A stretch of DNA of 64,000 nucleotides from an uncultured Rikenellaceae bacterium (GCA_964638955.1 CAZWZQ010000008.1:824-64823); one strand, 5' to 3'; shown: positions 53,909-63,633, counted from the stretch's first letter. Made by a program: numbers and translations. The notes: generated by a model from the letters alone, not told the origin.

Positions 53909-54922
53909 ATGAAAAGAACACTATTTTGTATATCTGCGGTACTTTTAACGGTATTATTACCAATATCATGTATCCCCGGCAAAAAGTTTAAAAGCCTGCA
54001 GGATACAAGCAGGCACTATATGAATGAGCGGGATGAATACAAGGCCGAAAACATAGGTCTTGAGATGGCAAACAGGGAACTTGAGGCAAAGATCTCACAG
54101 TTTGAAAAAGAAATAAGCACAGTTCAGGAGGAAATTGAATCTGTAAAAGCCCAAAGAGATAAGGCTTTGGAGGATTTCAGCAATATATCGGCCAGGTACA
54201 ACGAACTGCAAATAGCGCAGGAGGATCTGATCCGGGGCAATGTTAAGGAGACACAAAAGCTTCTTGCTGAGCTTCAGGCTGCACAGGCCAGTCTTCAGGA
54301 TAAGGAGAATCTGCTCCGCCAGCTCGAAGAGACACTTGATACAAAAAAAGCCTCTCTTGATGAGCTTACCTTCGAACTCGAAAAAAGAAACGCCAGGATG
54401 CTTGAACTTGAAAAGATCCTGGATGCACAGAAACAGATCGTCCAGGATCTTAAAAACAAGGTCTCCGAAGCTCTGCTTGGATTTGAAAATAACGGGCTGA
54501 CAGTTACCATGAAAAACGGGAAGGTATATGTCTCTCTTGAAGAAGAATTGTTATTCAAATCAGCCAGCTGGGAGATTGATGCCAACGGGAAAAATGCTCT
54601 CAAAAAACTTGCCGGCGTTCTTGCAAGAAATCCGGATATTCAGATCACAATAGAGGGACATACAGATAATGTACCATATAATCCCGGTGGCGGTCAACTA
54701 AAGGATAACTGGGACCTTAGTGTTAAAAGAGCAACAACTGTGGTACGAACCCTGCTTGATGGTTCAGGGATTGATCCCAAACGTCTGACAGCCTCAGGGC
54801 GAAGCGAATATGTTCCTGTTGATGCTCGCAATACATCTGATGCCCGGCAGAAGAACAGGAGAACAGAAGTTATTCTGACACCAGACCTCACTCCTTTGTA
54901 TGAACTGATAAATAAATATTGA
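53909..54922 (+). CDS. OmpA-family lipoprotein with long coiled-coil spacer
   Basis: The lipobox PISC is present, followed by a ~170-aa heptad-rich E/K/L/Q region. The C-terminal OmpA-like domain shows IEGHTDN, NWDLSVKRA and NRRTEVIL. I take ATG 53909 rather than TTG 53882. Confidence 0.88.
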   Translation: MKRTLFCISAVLLTVLLPISCIPGKKFKSLQDTSRHYMNERDEYKAENIGLEMANRELEAKISQFEKEISTVQEEIESVKAQRDKALEDFSNISARYNELQIAQEDLIRGNVKETQKLLAELQAAQASLQDKENLLRQLEETLDTKKASLDELTFELEKRNARMLELEKILDAQKQIVQDLKNKVSEALLGFENNGLTVTMKNGKVYVSLEEELLFKSASWEIDANGKNALKKLAGVLARNPDIQITIEGHTDNVPYNPGGGQLKDNWDLSVKRATTVVRTLLDGSGIDPKRLTASGRSEYVPVDARNTSDARQKNRRTEVILTPDLTPLYELINKY

Positions 54923-54994
54923 AAACTGATTGAAGAACAAATATTAATGATTTAAGAAGTTGATCGTAAATCAAAAATCCTCATTCCTTGTTCG

Positions 54995-56557
54995 TTATTC
55001 AACAGGTTCCTCTGAAAATTCCTGCAATTTTACATTCATATTTTTAAGTGCCTTCAGAAGATTATCTTCCGGTTTAAGAAAATCCTGGTTTCCCCAGAAA
55101 TCCTGATCGTAATTCTTTATGGTTTTTGAAAAGACCGAATGTACCGGAGCAAGCTCCTCTCTTTCAAATCTGGCGACATTCACGGTATTCACACTAGTGA
55201 TAGCAAGCTCCAGAAAGACTTTGAATTGACTGTTGAACAGCTTCTTCTTTTGTTTTGAAACGAAAACAAGGTCTCCTCTGACATGGTTAAGGAAATACCT
55301 GTTGTTGATTTTGCGGTAGCTTACACTGTATTTTACTGAAACAGGCCATGTTGTATATCTACGTGATGAGCTTAATATAAAAGAGTCTTTCAGTTTCTGA
55401 AGATATTTGGGATGTAACTCAAAATCAGCATTAAGTATTGCAAAATCATCAGTATTAATAAAAATACTTCCCCTGAATAATGGTTTGTCAATCTCTTTTC
55501 TTTGTTCAAAATCTATTACCCAGACCGCCTCATCATCATATGTTACAATGTCAGTGATCCGGTAGCTGTATTCTGCCATAGATGATTTTTCCATGAATTC
55601 GAAAGAATTTTTTACAAGGTCAAGCTCGAGGCATGTTTTTAATCCTGCTTTTAGTCTCAATGCAAGGGTGTCATCGAGTCCCAGGTTTTCGATTTTCCTG
55701 CTTTTATAAACCTTTATCTGGTCACCCAGGATTGTCCCTGAATATGAGCTTTTAAAAATTTGTAATAAAGCTTCGGAATAAACCTGGAGATCATTCTTTT
55801 TCATAACTCCTTCCCTGTAAAAACCTGTAAGCATAGCTGGAGAATTGCCATAATTATCTGAAATTGCAGAAATGGTTTTATAGATGATCTCCTGTGGTAC
55901 CTGAGTCCTGATAATAATTTCAGGTATGGGTATGAACTCCCGGCTCATTTTTACGCTTAAATTCTTGCCTTGAAATTGGTTAACAGGTATCTCTTTTCCC
56001 AGAAAACCAAGATATGAGAAAGAAAGTGTATCATTAAAGGAGTCGGGTGTGATTTTTAATCCGAATTCTCCATTACTGTTTGTAATGGTTCCTCTTCCAC
56101 TGTTTTTTAATCCTATGGTGGCAAAAGGCAGGGGATCACCGGTAGTCTTGTCAACAATAATTCCTGAGATGTATATTATATCAGGTTCCTGAAGAGTATC
56201 TGTTTGCTGTTCAGGTATGGGGACAGCTTTAGCAATAATGATATATTTATCAATAACCGAGAATACGAGTGAATCATTCTGCAGTATGCTGTCGAGGATA
56301 ACATTAAGCTTTATGCCGGTGAATGTCAGTTCTGTATTTCTTTCGGGGTCTATTAAACGGCTGTCATACGTGAAGTTATAACCGGTCTCTCTACTAATTA
56401 TATTGAGTGCATTTATGGTTGTTATCTGGCCGGTACTGAAGGTAAAAGCAGAATCAAGTATACTCTCCTGGCATTTGGCTGTCTGCCGGCTGGCCAATAT
56501 TATAAATAATACAATGGCCAGTATTTTTTTTAATATTAAGCCATTGAATGACAACAT
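54995..56557 (-). CDS. STN-domain + carboxypeptidase-regulatory-like domain protein lacking plug/beta-barrel (non-canonical cell-surface-signalling partner)
   Basis: Signal peptide present. The STN module is TINALNIISRETGYNFTYDSRLIDPERNTELTFTGIKLNVILDSIL…VIDKYIII. The CarboxypepD_reg module is ISGIIVDKTTGDPLPFATIGLKNSGRGTITNSNGEFGLKI. A ~300-aa domain paralogous to that of 58105-59418 follows. Total length is only 520 aa. Confidence 0.75.
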   Translation of the reverse strand: MLSFNGLILKKILAIVLFIILASRQTAKCQESILDSAFTFSTGQITTINALNIISRETGYNFTYDSRLIDPERNTELTFTGIKLNVILDSILQNDSLVFSVIDKYIIIAKAVPIPEQQTDTLQEPDIIYISGIIVDKTTGDPLPFATIGLKNSGRGTITNSNGEFGLKITPDSFNDTLSFSYLGFLGKEIPVNQFQGKNLSVKMSREFIPIPEIIIRTQVPQEIIYKTISAISDNYGNSPAMLTGFYREGVMKKNDLQVYSEALLQIFKSSYSGTILGDQIKVYKSRKIENLGLDDTLALRLKAGLKTCLELDLVKNSFEFMEKSSMAEYSYRITDIVTYDDEAVWVIDFEQRKEIDKPLFRGSIFINTDDFAILNADFELHPKYLQKLKDSFILSSSRRYTTWPVSVKYSVSYRKINNRYFLNHVRGDLVFVSKQKKKLFNSQFKVFLELAITSVNTVNVARFEREELAPVHSVFSKTIKNYDQDFWGNQDFLKPEDNLLKALKNMNVKLQEFSEEPVE

Positions 56558-56571
56558 ATTATAATTACGCG

Positions 56572-57567
56572 TTATTCTTTTGAAAGATGGTAAACATTGC
56601 CATCCTGTGTATAACGCAAGTTAAAACTAGCACAAATTAATCGAATAATTGTGTCCTGTGACTTGTTATCAACGGATGAGGTCCATGTTTCATCAAGAAT
56701 TGCCGGATCATCTGCAATGATGTTCATATCATACACCCGTTTAAGATCTTTAAATACAATTTCAAGTCTCTGACGGTCGAAGACAAGCTTGCCTGTCAAC
56801 CAAGATATATAATTGGGATTATCATTAAGTGTCTTTCCGGAGAGCTTTGTATCAATCGTTCCTACATATCCCGGATCAAGTACAATATTCTGGGTTCCTG
56901 TATTATCTGAGAGCAAAACCTTACCTGTTTCGACATAAACCTCAACTGCAGAATCAGGATTATTGGTTATTATATTGAAGGATGTTCCTAAAACTTCTAT
57001 ACTGGCTTTCCCGGCATCGACAGTGAATGGTTTTGAGGGATCGGGACTGATCTCAAAGAATGCTTCCCCTGAAAGAACCACATGCCTTCCTGATTTTCCA
57101 AAATTTGCACTATAAATAAGTTCCGTATTACGGTTCAGGAATATATCGCTGCCGTCAGGTAAGCTTGCCTTCAGATTTTTCTGATCATTGGCTGTGGTCA
57201 CGACAATTTGCTTATTCATAGTGGCAAAATAAAGGGTAACAGTGCCAAGACTCAGAAGGATCAGGGCTGCAGCTGCAATTTTCAAAAAAGTGTTCCTCAT
57301 GCCGATAATTCCGGACGGAGTTTTTTCTGTTATATGCCCTGATTCATTAATCCTGGAATAGACTTTATCCCATGCTTTGTCAACATTTATTTTCTTTTCA
57401 TCGTTCATTTTTCCCAGTTTTTCCCATATTTCTTGCGTAATATTTCCCTCTTCAGCCAGAAAACGGTTAAGAAGTTCTGACTTACCCTCTTTTTCGCCCG
57501 ACAGTGCTGAAGCAAGTTCTTCCCAGTCCCTGTCGGTAAATTTATCTGTATTCATTTTCTCTTTCAT
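56572..57567 (-). CDS. FecR family anti-sigma factor / transmembrane sensor
   Basis: N-terminal cytoplasmic anti-sigma region, a single TM helix (FLKIAAAALILLSLGTV), a FecR domain (LPDGS.IFLN.N..L…..R.V.L.GEAFF…) and a C-terminal DUF4974-like region. There is a 4-nt overlap with the sigma gene. Confidence 0.88.
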   Translation of the reverse strand: MKEKMNTDKFTDRDWEELASALSGEKEGKSELLNRFLAEEGNITQEIWEKLGKMNDEKKINVDKAWDKVYSRINESGHITEKTPSGIIGMRNTFLKIAAAALILLSLGTVTLYFATMNKQIVVTTANDQKNLKASLPDGSDIFLNRNTELIYSANFGKSGRHVVLSGEAFFEISPDPSKPFTVDAGKASIEVLGTSFNIITNNPDSAVEVYVETGKVLLSDNTGTQNIVLDPGYVGTIDTKLSGKTLNDNPNYISWLTGKLVFDRQRLEIVFKDLKRVYDMNIIADDPAILDETWTSSVDNKSQDTIIRLICASFNLRYTQDGNVYHLSKE

Positions 57568-58100
57568 TGTTCTGTTAATGCTCTTCGGAATTCTTTAAGT
57601 GCTCTTCCCATGTTGGCTTCCACTGTTTTAACCGACACCGAGAGTTTTTTGGCAATTTCTGTATATTTCAATCCTTCAAACCTGTTCATGCAGAATATCC
57701 TTCCGCATCTTTCAGGCAGGCGTTCAATTATCTTTGTTATTTTTAACTGAAGTTCGTTATACTGAATTATATCCGAAGGATTATCAGTATTCTCAGTTAA
57801 TTTATATGTCATCTCCCTGGCATGTTTCATAACAACACGGTTATGATTAATCCAATGTATACACCGGTTATGTATTGCCCTGAAAAGATAACCGTTCAAA
57901 GAACTTTCAATTTTTATTTTTTCCCTGTCCTGCCATAGCCTGAAGAAAAAGTCCTGGACAATTTCCTCTGCCGTATCGTGGTCTCTGACAAGACTCTTGG
58001 CATAACGAACCAGGGAAACATAGGAGGCTCTGAAAAGTGATTCAAACTGTCCTTCATCACCCTGTCGGATCCTCCTTATGATTTCAGTCTCCCTGGTCAT
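57564..58100 (-). CDS. RNA polymerase ECF sigma-70 factor (Bacteroides expansion family)
   Basis: Region 2 (FESLFRASYVSLVRYAKSLVRDHDTAEEIVQDFF.RLW) and region 4 (RIFCMNRFEGLKYTEIAKKLSVSVKTVEANMGRAL) are present. Confidence 0.92.
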   Translation of the reverse strand: MTRETEIIRRIRQGDEGQFESLFRASYVSLVRYAKSLVRDHDTAEEIVQDFFFRLWQDREKIKIESSLNGYLFRAIHNRCIHWINHNRVVMKHAREMTYKLTENTDNPSDIIQYNELQLKITKIIERLPERCGRIFCMNRFEGLKYTEIAKKLSVSVKTVEANMGRALKEFRRALTEQ

Positions 58101-58104
58101 TATC

Positions 58105-59418
58105 TTACTTTTCGGCCAAATCTTCCCTGTCGCTGAATTTTAATTTTCGGTTAAGCCTGCGTATAGCTGATTCTATACTCTGGTCAGGTTCTATCACATT
58201 ATAATCTCCCCAGAAATCAGGATCGACAAATGCACTGACTTCTTCGGTAAATATATCCGTATATTTCATTCTCTCCTTACCTGCAAATTTAATAACTTCT
58301 TCATCAGTACGATCAGTAACCGCTATTTCCGACATTGTTGTATAGAATGTATTGAATAACCTTTTCTTCCAGTCAACCTTGAATTTAACTTCAGCTCTGG
58401 AGTATGCAAAATACCATTTACCGTTCTGTTCGCGGTATTTGGTGCGGTATGTTGCAACTTCAGGAGTGACTTTAACACCAAACGGTTTTTTCCTGATAAA
58501 TATCGAGGAAGCAGCTTCTTTATCTGACAGGTTAAATCCGAATTCGGCTTCTGTAATGGCATATGAATCCATTTCAATATAAAGACTACCCATGAATAAC
58601 GGTTCCTCGACTGTGGATTTCTGTACGAAATCTATAATATAATGAGGTTTGCCGTCGATTTCAATGACACTAGACAGGGAATAATTATAATATTTCAATG
58701 CTTCAGATGTAAGTATTGCTTCGGTATTCTTGGCAATATCCAGTTGCAGTACACTTGTTGTTCCGCCCTGCAGTTTAAATAAAAGAGTATCAACTTTCTC
58801 AATATCCGTATTTTTTCTTCCTTTATACATACGTGTAGCATCAAAGCGGAGATTACTATTATATGGCGCTTTGAATATTTCCACAACTGCCTCACCTATT
58901 GAAACATACGAACGGCCTTTACGAATTGTCTCTCTGTAAAATGCTGTCATCATATTGGGAACCGTTTCATAATTCTTATTGATATTGGCGATTGCTTTTG
59001 TAATTATGGCATTCGGATCCAGGGGCTTGACAATTATCTCCTTGATTGGTATTGGAGCGGATTCCATCTCAATTACGTTTTTGTGACCATTGTCACGCAG
59101 GGAGCTTATGGGCACGACTTTGTTCTTGTAACCCAGATACGTTATTTCAAGGTCATTGGAAAGCAAAGATTCCACGATTTTCAATGTGAATTCCCCGTCA
59201 ATATTTGTAACGACTGCAACATTGGATTCTGTAACAGTTACTGTTGCAAATACAAGGGGAGAGCCTGTTTCGGCATCTGTAATTTTCCCTTTTAATGTAA
59301 GGTAGGCCTGCTGGTCACCTTTCTTCCTTTCAGTCGTATTAACTCCTGACAGAGTCTGAAATGTAAAAGCCAGCAGAATAACTACTGCATAGAAAGAGAT
59401 TTTTTTCAGTGTTTTCAT
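58105..59418 (-). CDS. Carboxypeptidase-regulatory-like domain protein, paralogue of 54995-56557 without STN domain
   Basis: Signal peptide and CarboxypepD_reg (LKGKITDAETGSPLVFATVTVTESNVAVVTNIDGEFTLKI) are present. The C-domain is collinear with the other protein (FYRETI/FYREGV, PLFMGSLYI/PLFRGSIFI, DPDFWGDYNV/DQDFWGNQDF). Confidence 0.75.
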   Translation of the reverse strand: MKTLKKISFYAVVILLAFTFQTLSGVNTTERKKGDQQAYLTLKGKITDAETGSPLVFATVTVTESNVAVVTNIDGEFTLKIVESLLSNDLEITYLGYKNKVVPISSLRDNGHKNVIEMESAPIPIKEIIVKPLDPNAIITKAIANINKNYETVPNMMTAFYRETIRKGRSYVSIGEAVVEIFKAPYNSNLRFDATRMYKGRKNTDIEKVDTLLFKLQGGTTSVLQLDIAKNTEAILTSEALKYYNYSLSSVIEIDGKPHYIIDFVQKSTVEEPLFMGSLYIEMDSYAITEAEFGFNLSDKEAASSIFIRKKPFGVKVTPEVATYRTKYREQNGKWYFAYSRAEVKFKVDWKKRLFNTFYTTMSEIAVTDRTDEEVIKFAGKERMKYTDIFTEEVSAFVDPDFWGDYNVIEPDQSIESAIRRLNRKLKFSDREDLAEK

Positions 59419-59566
59419 GGCGTTTTTAATTTAGTTATACAATAATTTTCTAAATCCTGTTGTTTGGAGTGTTTCTTCAATCTTAAGACCTTAACAATGC
59501 TTATATACCCTATGCATCCGGACAGATTTTTTTTCATTATCTTACTTTTTCTTTAATAAATATTTT

Positions 59567-60541
59567 ATGATGCGTCCGGGTGTCAGATCTGTTAATACAT
59601 TAATCGCAGGTTTTGCATACGTGAAAAGTACAATCAGAAGCACTGCTGTTGTTAGCGGTATGCCTGTTTCTGTAGGTACAGAATTGACAAATCATTGTAA
59701 CCTGAATTGCCCCGAATGTCATTCCGGTGCCGGGTTGATGACAAGGAAGCGCGGCTTTATGGATATAAAACTGTTTGATAAAATCATATCTGAACTTGAG
59801 CCATATCTTTATTACCTGATCCTTTACTTTCAGGGAGAACCAATGATGCACCCCCGGTTTTTCTCATTCCTCGAGAGATCACAGCACATAAATACCATCG
59901 TTTCGACAAACGGTCATTTCCTCTCAGCGGAAAATGCCGAAAAAATAGTCAGATCAGGTTTAAGTAAACTGATTATCTCCGTCGACGGTATTGACCAGGA
60001 GACCTATTCATCATACAGGATCAATGGAGATCTGACAAAGGTAATGGATGGATTAAAAAACCTGTCTGAAGCAAGGGGGAAAATATCATCGCCGTTAAAG
60101 CTTGAAATTCAATTTCTTGTAAACAGGAAGAATGAACAACAAATACCTTCTGTAAAACGTTTTGCCCGAAAGATGAATGCTTCCCTGAAACTGAAATCAA
60201 TGCAGATAATCAATCAGGAAGCTGTCGGGACCTGGCTCCCTTCAAAACAAAAATTTGTGAGATACAAAAAGAAGGAAGGAATATATACAATAAAAAAACG
60301 GCTTCCAAACAGGTGTGCCAGGTTGTGGTTCAATCCGGTCATAACATGGGATGGGAAAGTGATACCCTGTTGTTTTGATAAAAATGCCTGTCATATTATG
60401 GGAGACCTGAATGAGAAATCCTTCAGGGATATCTGGGAAGGCCCGGAATACAGAACCTTCAGGGAAAAAATCCTCTCAGATCGTAATGCCATAGAAATCT
60501 GCAGAAACTGTACATCAGGACTTAAAGGTGTCAGATATTGA
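59567..60541 (+). CDS. Radical SAM enzyme with C-terminal SPASM/twitch-like Cys cluster
   Basis: The CxxxCxxC is embedded in ELTNHCNLNCPECHSG. The C-terminal cysteines are C..(14)..CC….C…(…)C..C (CARLW…IPCCFDKNACH…ICRNCTSG). Confidence 0.82.
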   Translation: MMRPGVRSVNTLIAGFAYVKSTIRSTAVVSGMPVSVGTELTNHCNLNCPECHSGAGLMTRKRGFMDIKLFDKIISELEPYLYYLILYFQGEPMMHPRFFSFLERSQHINTIVSTNGHFLSAENAEKIVRSGLSKLIISVDGIDQETYSSYRINGDLTKVMDGLKNLSEARGKISSPLKLEIQFLVNRKNEQQIPSVKRFARKMNASLKLKSMQIINQEAVGTWLPSKQKFVRYKKKEGIYTIKKRLPNRCARLWFNPVITWDGKVIPCCFDKNACHIMGDLNEKSFRDIWEGPEYRTFREKILSDRNAIEICRNCTSGLKGVRY

Positions 60542-60586
60542 TAATTCTGTTAAAGTTGTATATTAGTATTATAAAACTCCTTTGAT

Positions 60587-62980
60587 ATGAAAATATTTAA
60601 AACAATCCTTTATTCACTGGTAACTCTTATAGTACTGGCAGTTATAATTGGTTTAATCCTCCTGCGTGGTATTAAAAGGGGAGCCCTTCCCGAATATGAT
60701 GGCGAACTTACTCTTTCAGGACTTACTGATGAGGTTACTGTTTATACGGATAACAGAGGTATGCCTCATCTTTATGCCGGAAATGAACATGATCTCTATT
60801 TAGCCACAGGTTATATTATGGCACGGGAAAGACTGTGGCAGATGGATCTTATCCGGAGGGCAACAACGGGTAAGCTTTCTGAAATCTTCGGTAAAGACTA
60901 TATACAGACAGATCTCTTCCTGCGAAGCCTTGAAATGACAGCCAAATCCAAAATGGTGTTGAGCAGCGAGGAGCCTGCCATATTGGATTGTATGCAGGCT
61001 TATGCTGATGGTGTAAATGCTTATATTTCAGCAGCAGGGAAAAAACTTCCGCCCGAATTCAGAATTCTCGGCTATAAGCCTGATCCATGGAGGCTGGAAG
61101 ACATGGCCAATATAATAGGTTACATGGGATGGGACCTGGCCTCAGATAATCTGTCATCAGATATTTTTTATTACAGACTTGCTAAAAAATTTGGGCAGGA
61201 GAAAGCAGCGGAACTTATCCCCGACTGGAAAGCAGTTAATTCATTTGTTTTTCCGGGATTCACATTAAGTGACGAAGTACTTAAAAGTGCTCTTGAATTT
61301 ATCTCCTCAATGGATAAGCTTAAAGCACTGGGTATTGTATCTTTCTCGGGAAGCAATAACTGGGCGGTGACAGGAACGAGGACCGAAACAGGCAAACCGA
61401 TGCTTTCGAACGACATGCACCTGAGCTTCGGATCACCCGGAATATGGTTCCAGATGCACCAGGTAGTGCCCGGGAAAGTTAACGTAACCGGTGTTATTGT
61501 GCCCGGACAACCTTTTGTTGTGGCGGGCCATAACGAAAAAATTGCATGGGGAATGACAAATCTGATGGTCGATGATATTGATCTATTTGCAGAAAAAATA
61601 AATCCTGAAAAAGAAAACCAGTATTTCTTCAATGATGAATGGAAGAACATGGTGGTTAAAGATGAAATAATAAGGATAAAGGGAGGGGATACTGATACAC
61701 TCCAGCTTAAATTTACCCATCGCGGACCCATTGTTTCAGGATTCAGAGATGTAAAGGATGTGTCCCTTACAATGAGATGGGCCGGATATGATTATAGCAA
61801 TGAGATAAAAGCCGTATACCTGCTTAACAGGGCAGCAAACTGGGATGAATTCAGAACAGCCATCAGCAGTTTCAGGTCTATAAGCCAGAACTTTGTTTAT
61901 GCAGATGTGGACGGTAACATAGGATTAAATACAGGCGGCGGCATTGCAATAAGAAAAGGCACAGGGACATCTGTGCGCAACGGCGAAACAGACGAATATG
62001 ACTGGAAAGGATATGTCCCTTTTGAACAACTTCCTTCGAGCTTCAATCCCGAGATTGGTTATGTTTCTTCAGCCAATAACAGGACAGTATCTGATGATTA
62101 TCCTTATTACATAGGTGCCGGATTTGCGTTGCCATACAGGATAAACAGGATACGTCAGATGCTGGATCAGAAAGATATTTTCAATATTGAGGATTTTAAA
62201 AAAATGATAACGGATCAACATTCCGACTATGCTGCCCTGATGACTCCCTTTATTCTCAGGCTGAATGACAGGAAAGATGAGCTTACCGGTTCTGAAGCTG
62301 AGGCTCTGACGAGTCTGGCAGAATGGGATTATGATATGAATGCCGGCCTTGTAGCTCCTTCAGTATTCGAATATTTCAGAATCAGCTTCAACAAAAACCT
62401 GCTGTCTGATGAATTATCAGAGTTGTTTGACCAGCTGTTTTATCTGGCTAAGGATTACTACATATACCGAATACTTAGTACCGAACCTGACTCCTGGGTA
62501 GATGATATTTCTACACCTGAGACGGAGACACTTGATGATATAATCCTGAGAAGCTTCAAGGATTGCGTGGCATCTATGACAGCTGAACTTGGAGAGGATC
62601 AGGCAAAATGGACATGGGGTAATGTTCATAAGATAGTTATTGCACATCCTCTTGGATCAGCAGTACCACTTCTGGATAAAATATTCAACTTTAATTCAGA
62701 TGAGTACCCAGTTGGCGGTAGCAACCACACAGTTAGCCCCTATTCATTTGACCCCGGATTCATTATTGATCATGGAGCTTCTGAAAGGCATATCTTCAAC
62801 ACAGCTAATTGGGATGAATCACTGACAGTTATTCCTACAGGTGCATCAGGGATACCTGCAGACGAATTTTACCTGTCGCAGACAGAAACTTATATAAATA
62901 AGGAGTTTTATAAAGATGCATTTAGTGAAGAGGCTGTTAAGGCGGCAGCGAAGTATATATTAAGGCTTAAACCGTCATAA
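60587..62980 (+). CDS. Penicillin acylase family Ntn-hydrolase (penicillin amidase / acyl-homoserine-lactone acylase-like)
   Basis: 797 aa with an N-terminal anchor or signal. RD..GMPHLYA, ARERLWQMD and the autoproteolytic nucleophile site FSGSNNWAV are present. Confidence 0.88.
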   Translation: MKIFKTILYSLVTLIVLAVIIGLILLRGIKRGALPEYDGELTLSGLTDEVTVYTDNRGMPHLYAGNEHDLYLATGYIMARERLWQMDLIRRATTGKLSEIFGKDYIQTDLFLRSLEMTAKSKMVLSSEEPAILDCMQAYADGVNAYISAAGKKLPPEFRILGYKPDPWRLEDMANIIGYMGWDLASDNLSSDIFYYRLAKKFGQEKAAELIPDWKAVNSFVFPGFTLSDEVLKSALEFISSMDKLKALGIVSFSGSNNWAVTGTRTETGKPMLSNDMHLSFGSPGIWFQMHQVVPGKVNVTGVIVPGQPFVVAGHNEKIAWGMTNLMVDDIDLFAEKINPEKENQYFFNDEWKNMVVKDEIIRIKGGDTDTLQLKFTHRGPIVSGFRDVKDVSLTMRWAGYDYSNEIKAVYLLNRAANWDEFRTAISSFRSISQNFVYADVDGNIGLNTGGGIAIRKGTGTSVRNGETDEYDWKGYVPFEQLPSSFNPEIGYVSSANNRTVSDDYPYYIGAGFALPYRINRIRQMLDQKDIFNIEDFKKMITDQHSDYAALMTPFILRLNDRKDELTGSEAEALTSLAEWDYDMNAGLVAPSVFEYFRISFNKNLLSDELSELFDQLFYLAKDYYIYRILSTEPDSWVDDISTPETETLDDIILRSFKDCVASMTAELGEDQAKWTWGNVHKIVIAHPLGSAVPLLDKIFNFNSDEYPVGGSNHTVSPYSFDPGFIIDHGASERHIFNTANWDESLTVIPTGASGIPADEFYLSQTETYINKEFYKDAFSEEAVKAAAKYILRLKPS

Positions 62981-63530
62981 CCTCTTCTTCTTTAAGGTCC
63001 ATCACCTTGTCGACTTTGCTGTTATATTCTGAAGTAAGATCCTGAACCTTTGTTTCAGCGTCCTTTTCAGTATCTTCGGGAAGGCCATCTTTGAGAAGCT
63101 GTTTTAATTCATCATTTGCCCATTTCCTGGCATTACGGATACTTATTTTGGCAGTTTCTCCCTCATTTCTGACCTGTTTTACAAGCTGATGCCGCCGCTC
63201 CTCTGTAAGCGGGGGGATATTTATCCGTAATACTTCGCCGTTGTTGACCGGAGTTAGTCCTATGTTTGCTGCCATTATAGCCTTTTCTATGGTTCCCAGC
63301 ATAGATTTTTCCCATGGCTGGACCAGGATAGTTTTCGGGTCGGGAGTGTTTATATTCGAAACCTGGTTTAATGGTGTGTTAACTCCGTAATAGTCGACTG
63401 TGATCCCATCCAGAAGGGCAGGGTTTGACCTTCCTGCACGAAGCCTGGCGAGTTCATGTTCAAGGTGACCAAGAGCCTTTTCCATCCTGTCCCTTGTCTC
63501 CTCAGTTATCAGTTCAACTTCTTCATTCAT
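62967..63530 (-). CDS. frr: Ribosome recycling factor
   Basis: 187 aa. LRAGRSNPALLDGITVDYYG, IPPLTEERR and IRNARK are diagnostic. Confidence 0.95.
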   Translation of the reverse strand: MNEEVELITEETRDRMEKALGHLEHELARLRAGRSNPALLDGITVDYYGVNTPLNQVSNINTPDPKTILVQPWEKSMLGTIEKAIMAANIGLTPVNNGEVLRINIPPLTEERRHQLVKQVRNEGETAKISIRNARKWANDELKQLLKDGLPEDTEKDAETKVQDLTSEYNSKVDKVMDLKEEEVMTV

Positions 63531-63633
63531 ATTAATCAGGTTGTCTGGATTAAATTTCTTGTTTCCTGTTATTTGCCTTAAAAATGTTACCGAAATAACA
63601 AAAATAATAAATTAGGCGGAAATGCAATTCCTT

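Noticed and set aside
59497-59556. 19-aa sORF (MLIYPMHPDRFFFIILLFL) immediately upstream of the radical SAM gene, considered as a RiPP precursor
   Set aside because: It has no Cys, Ser or Thr-rich core and no leader-like motif. Its sequence is dictated by a T-rich promoter-like stretch. Without conservation data there is no support.
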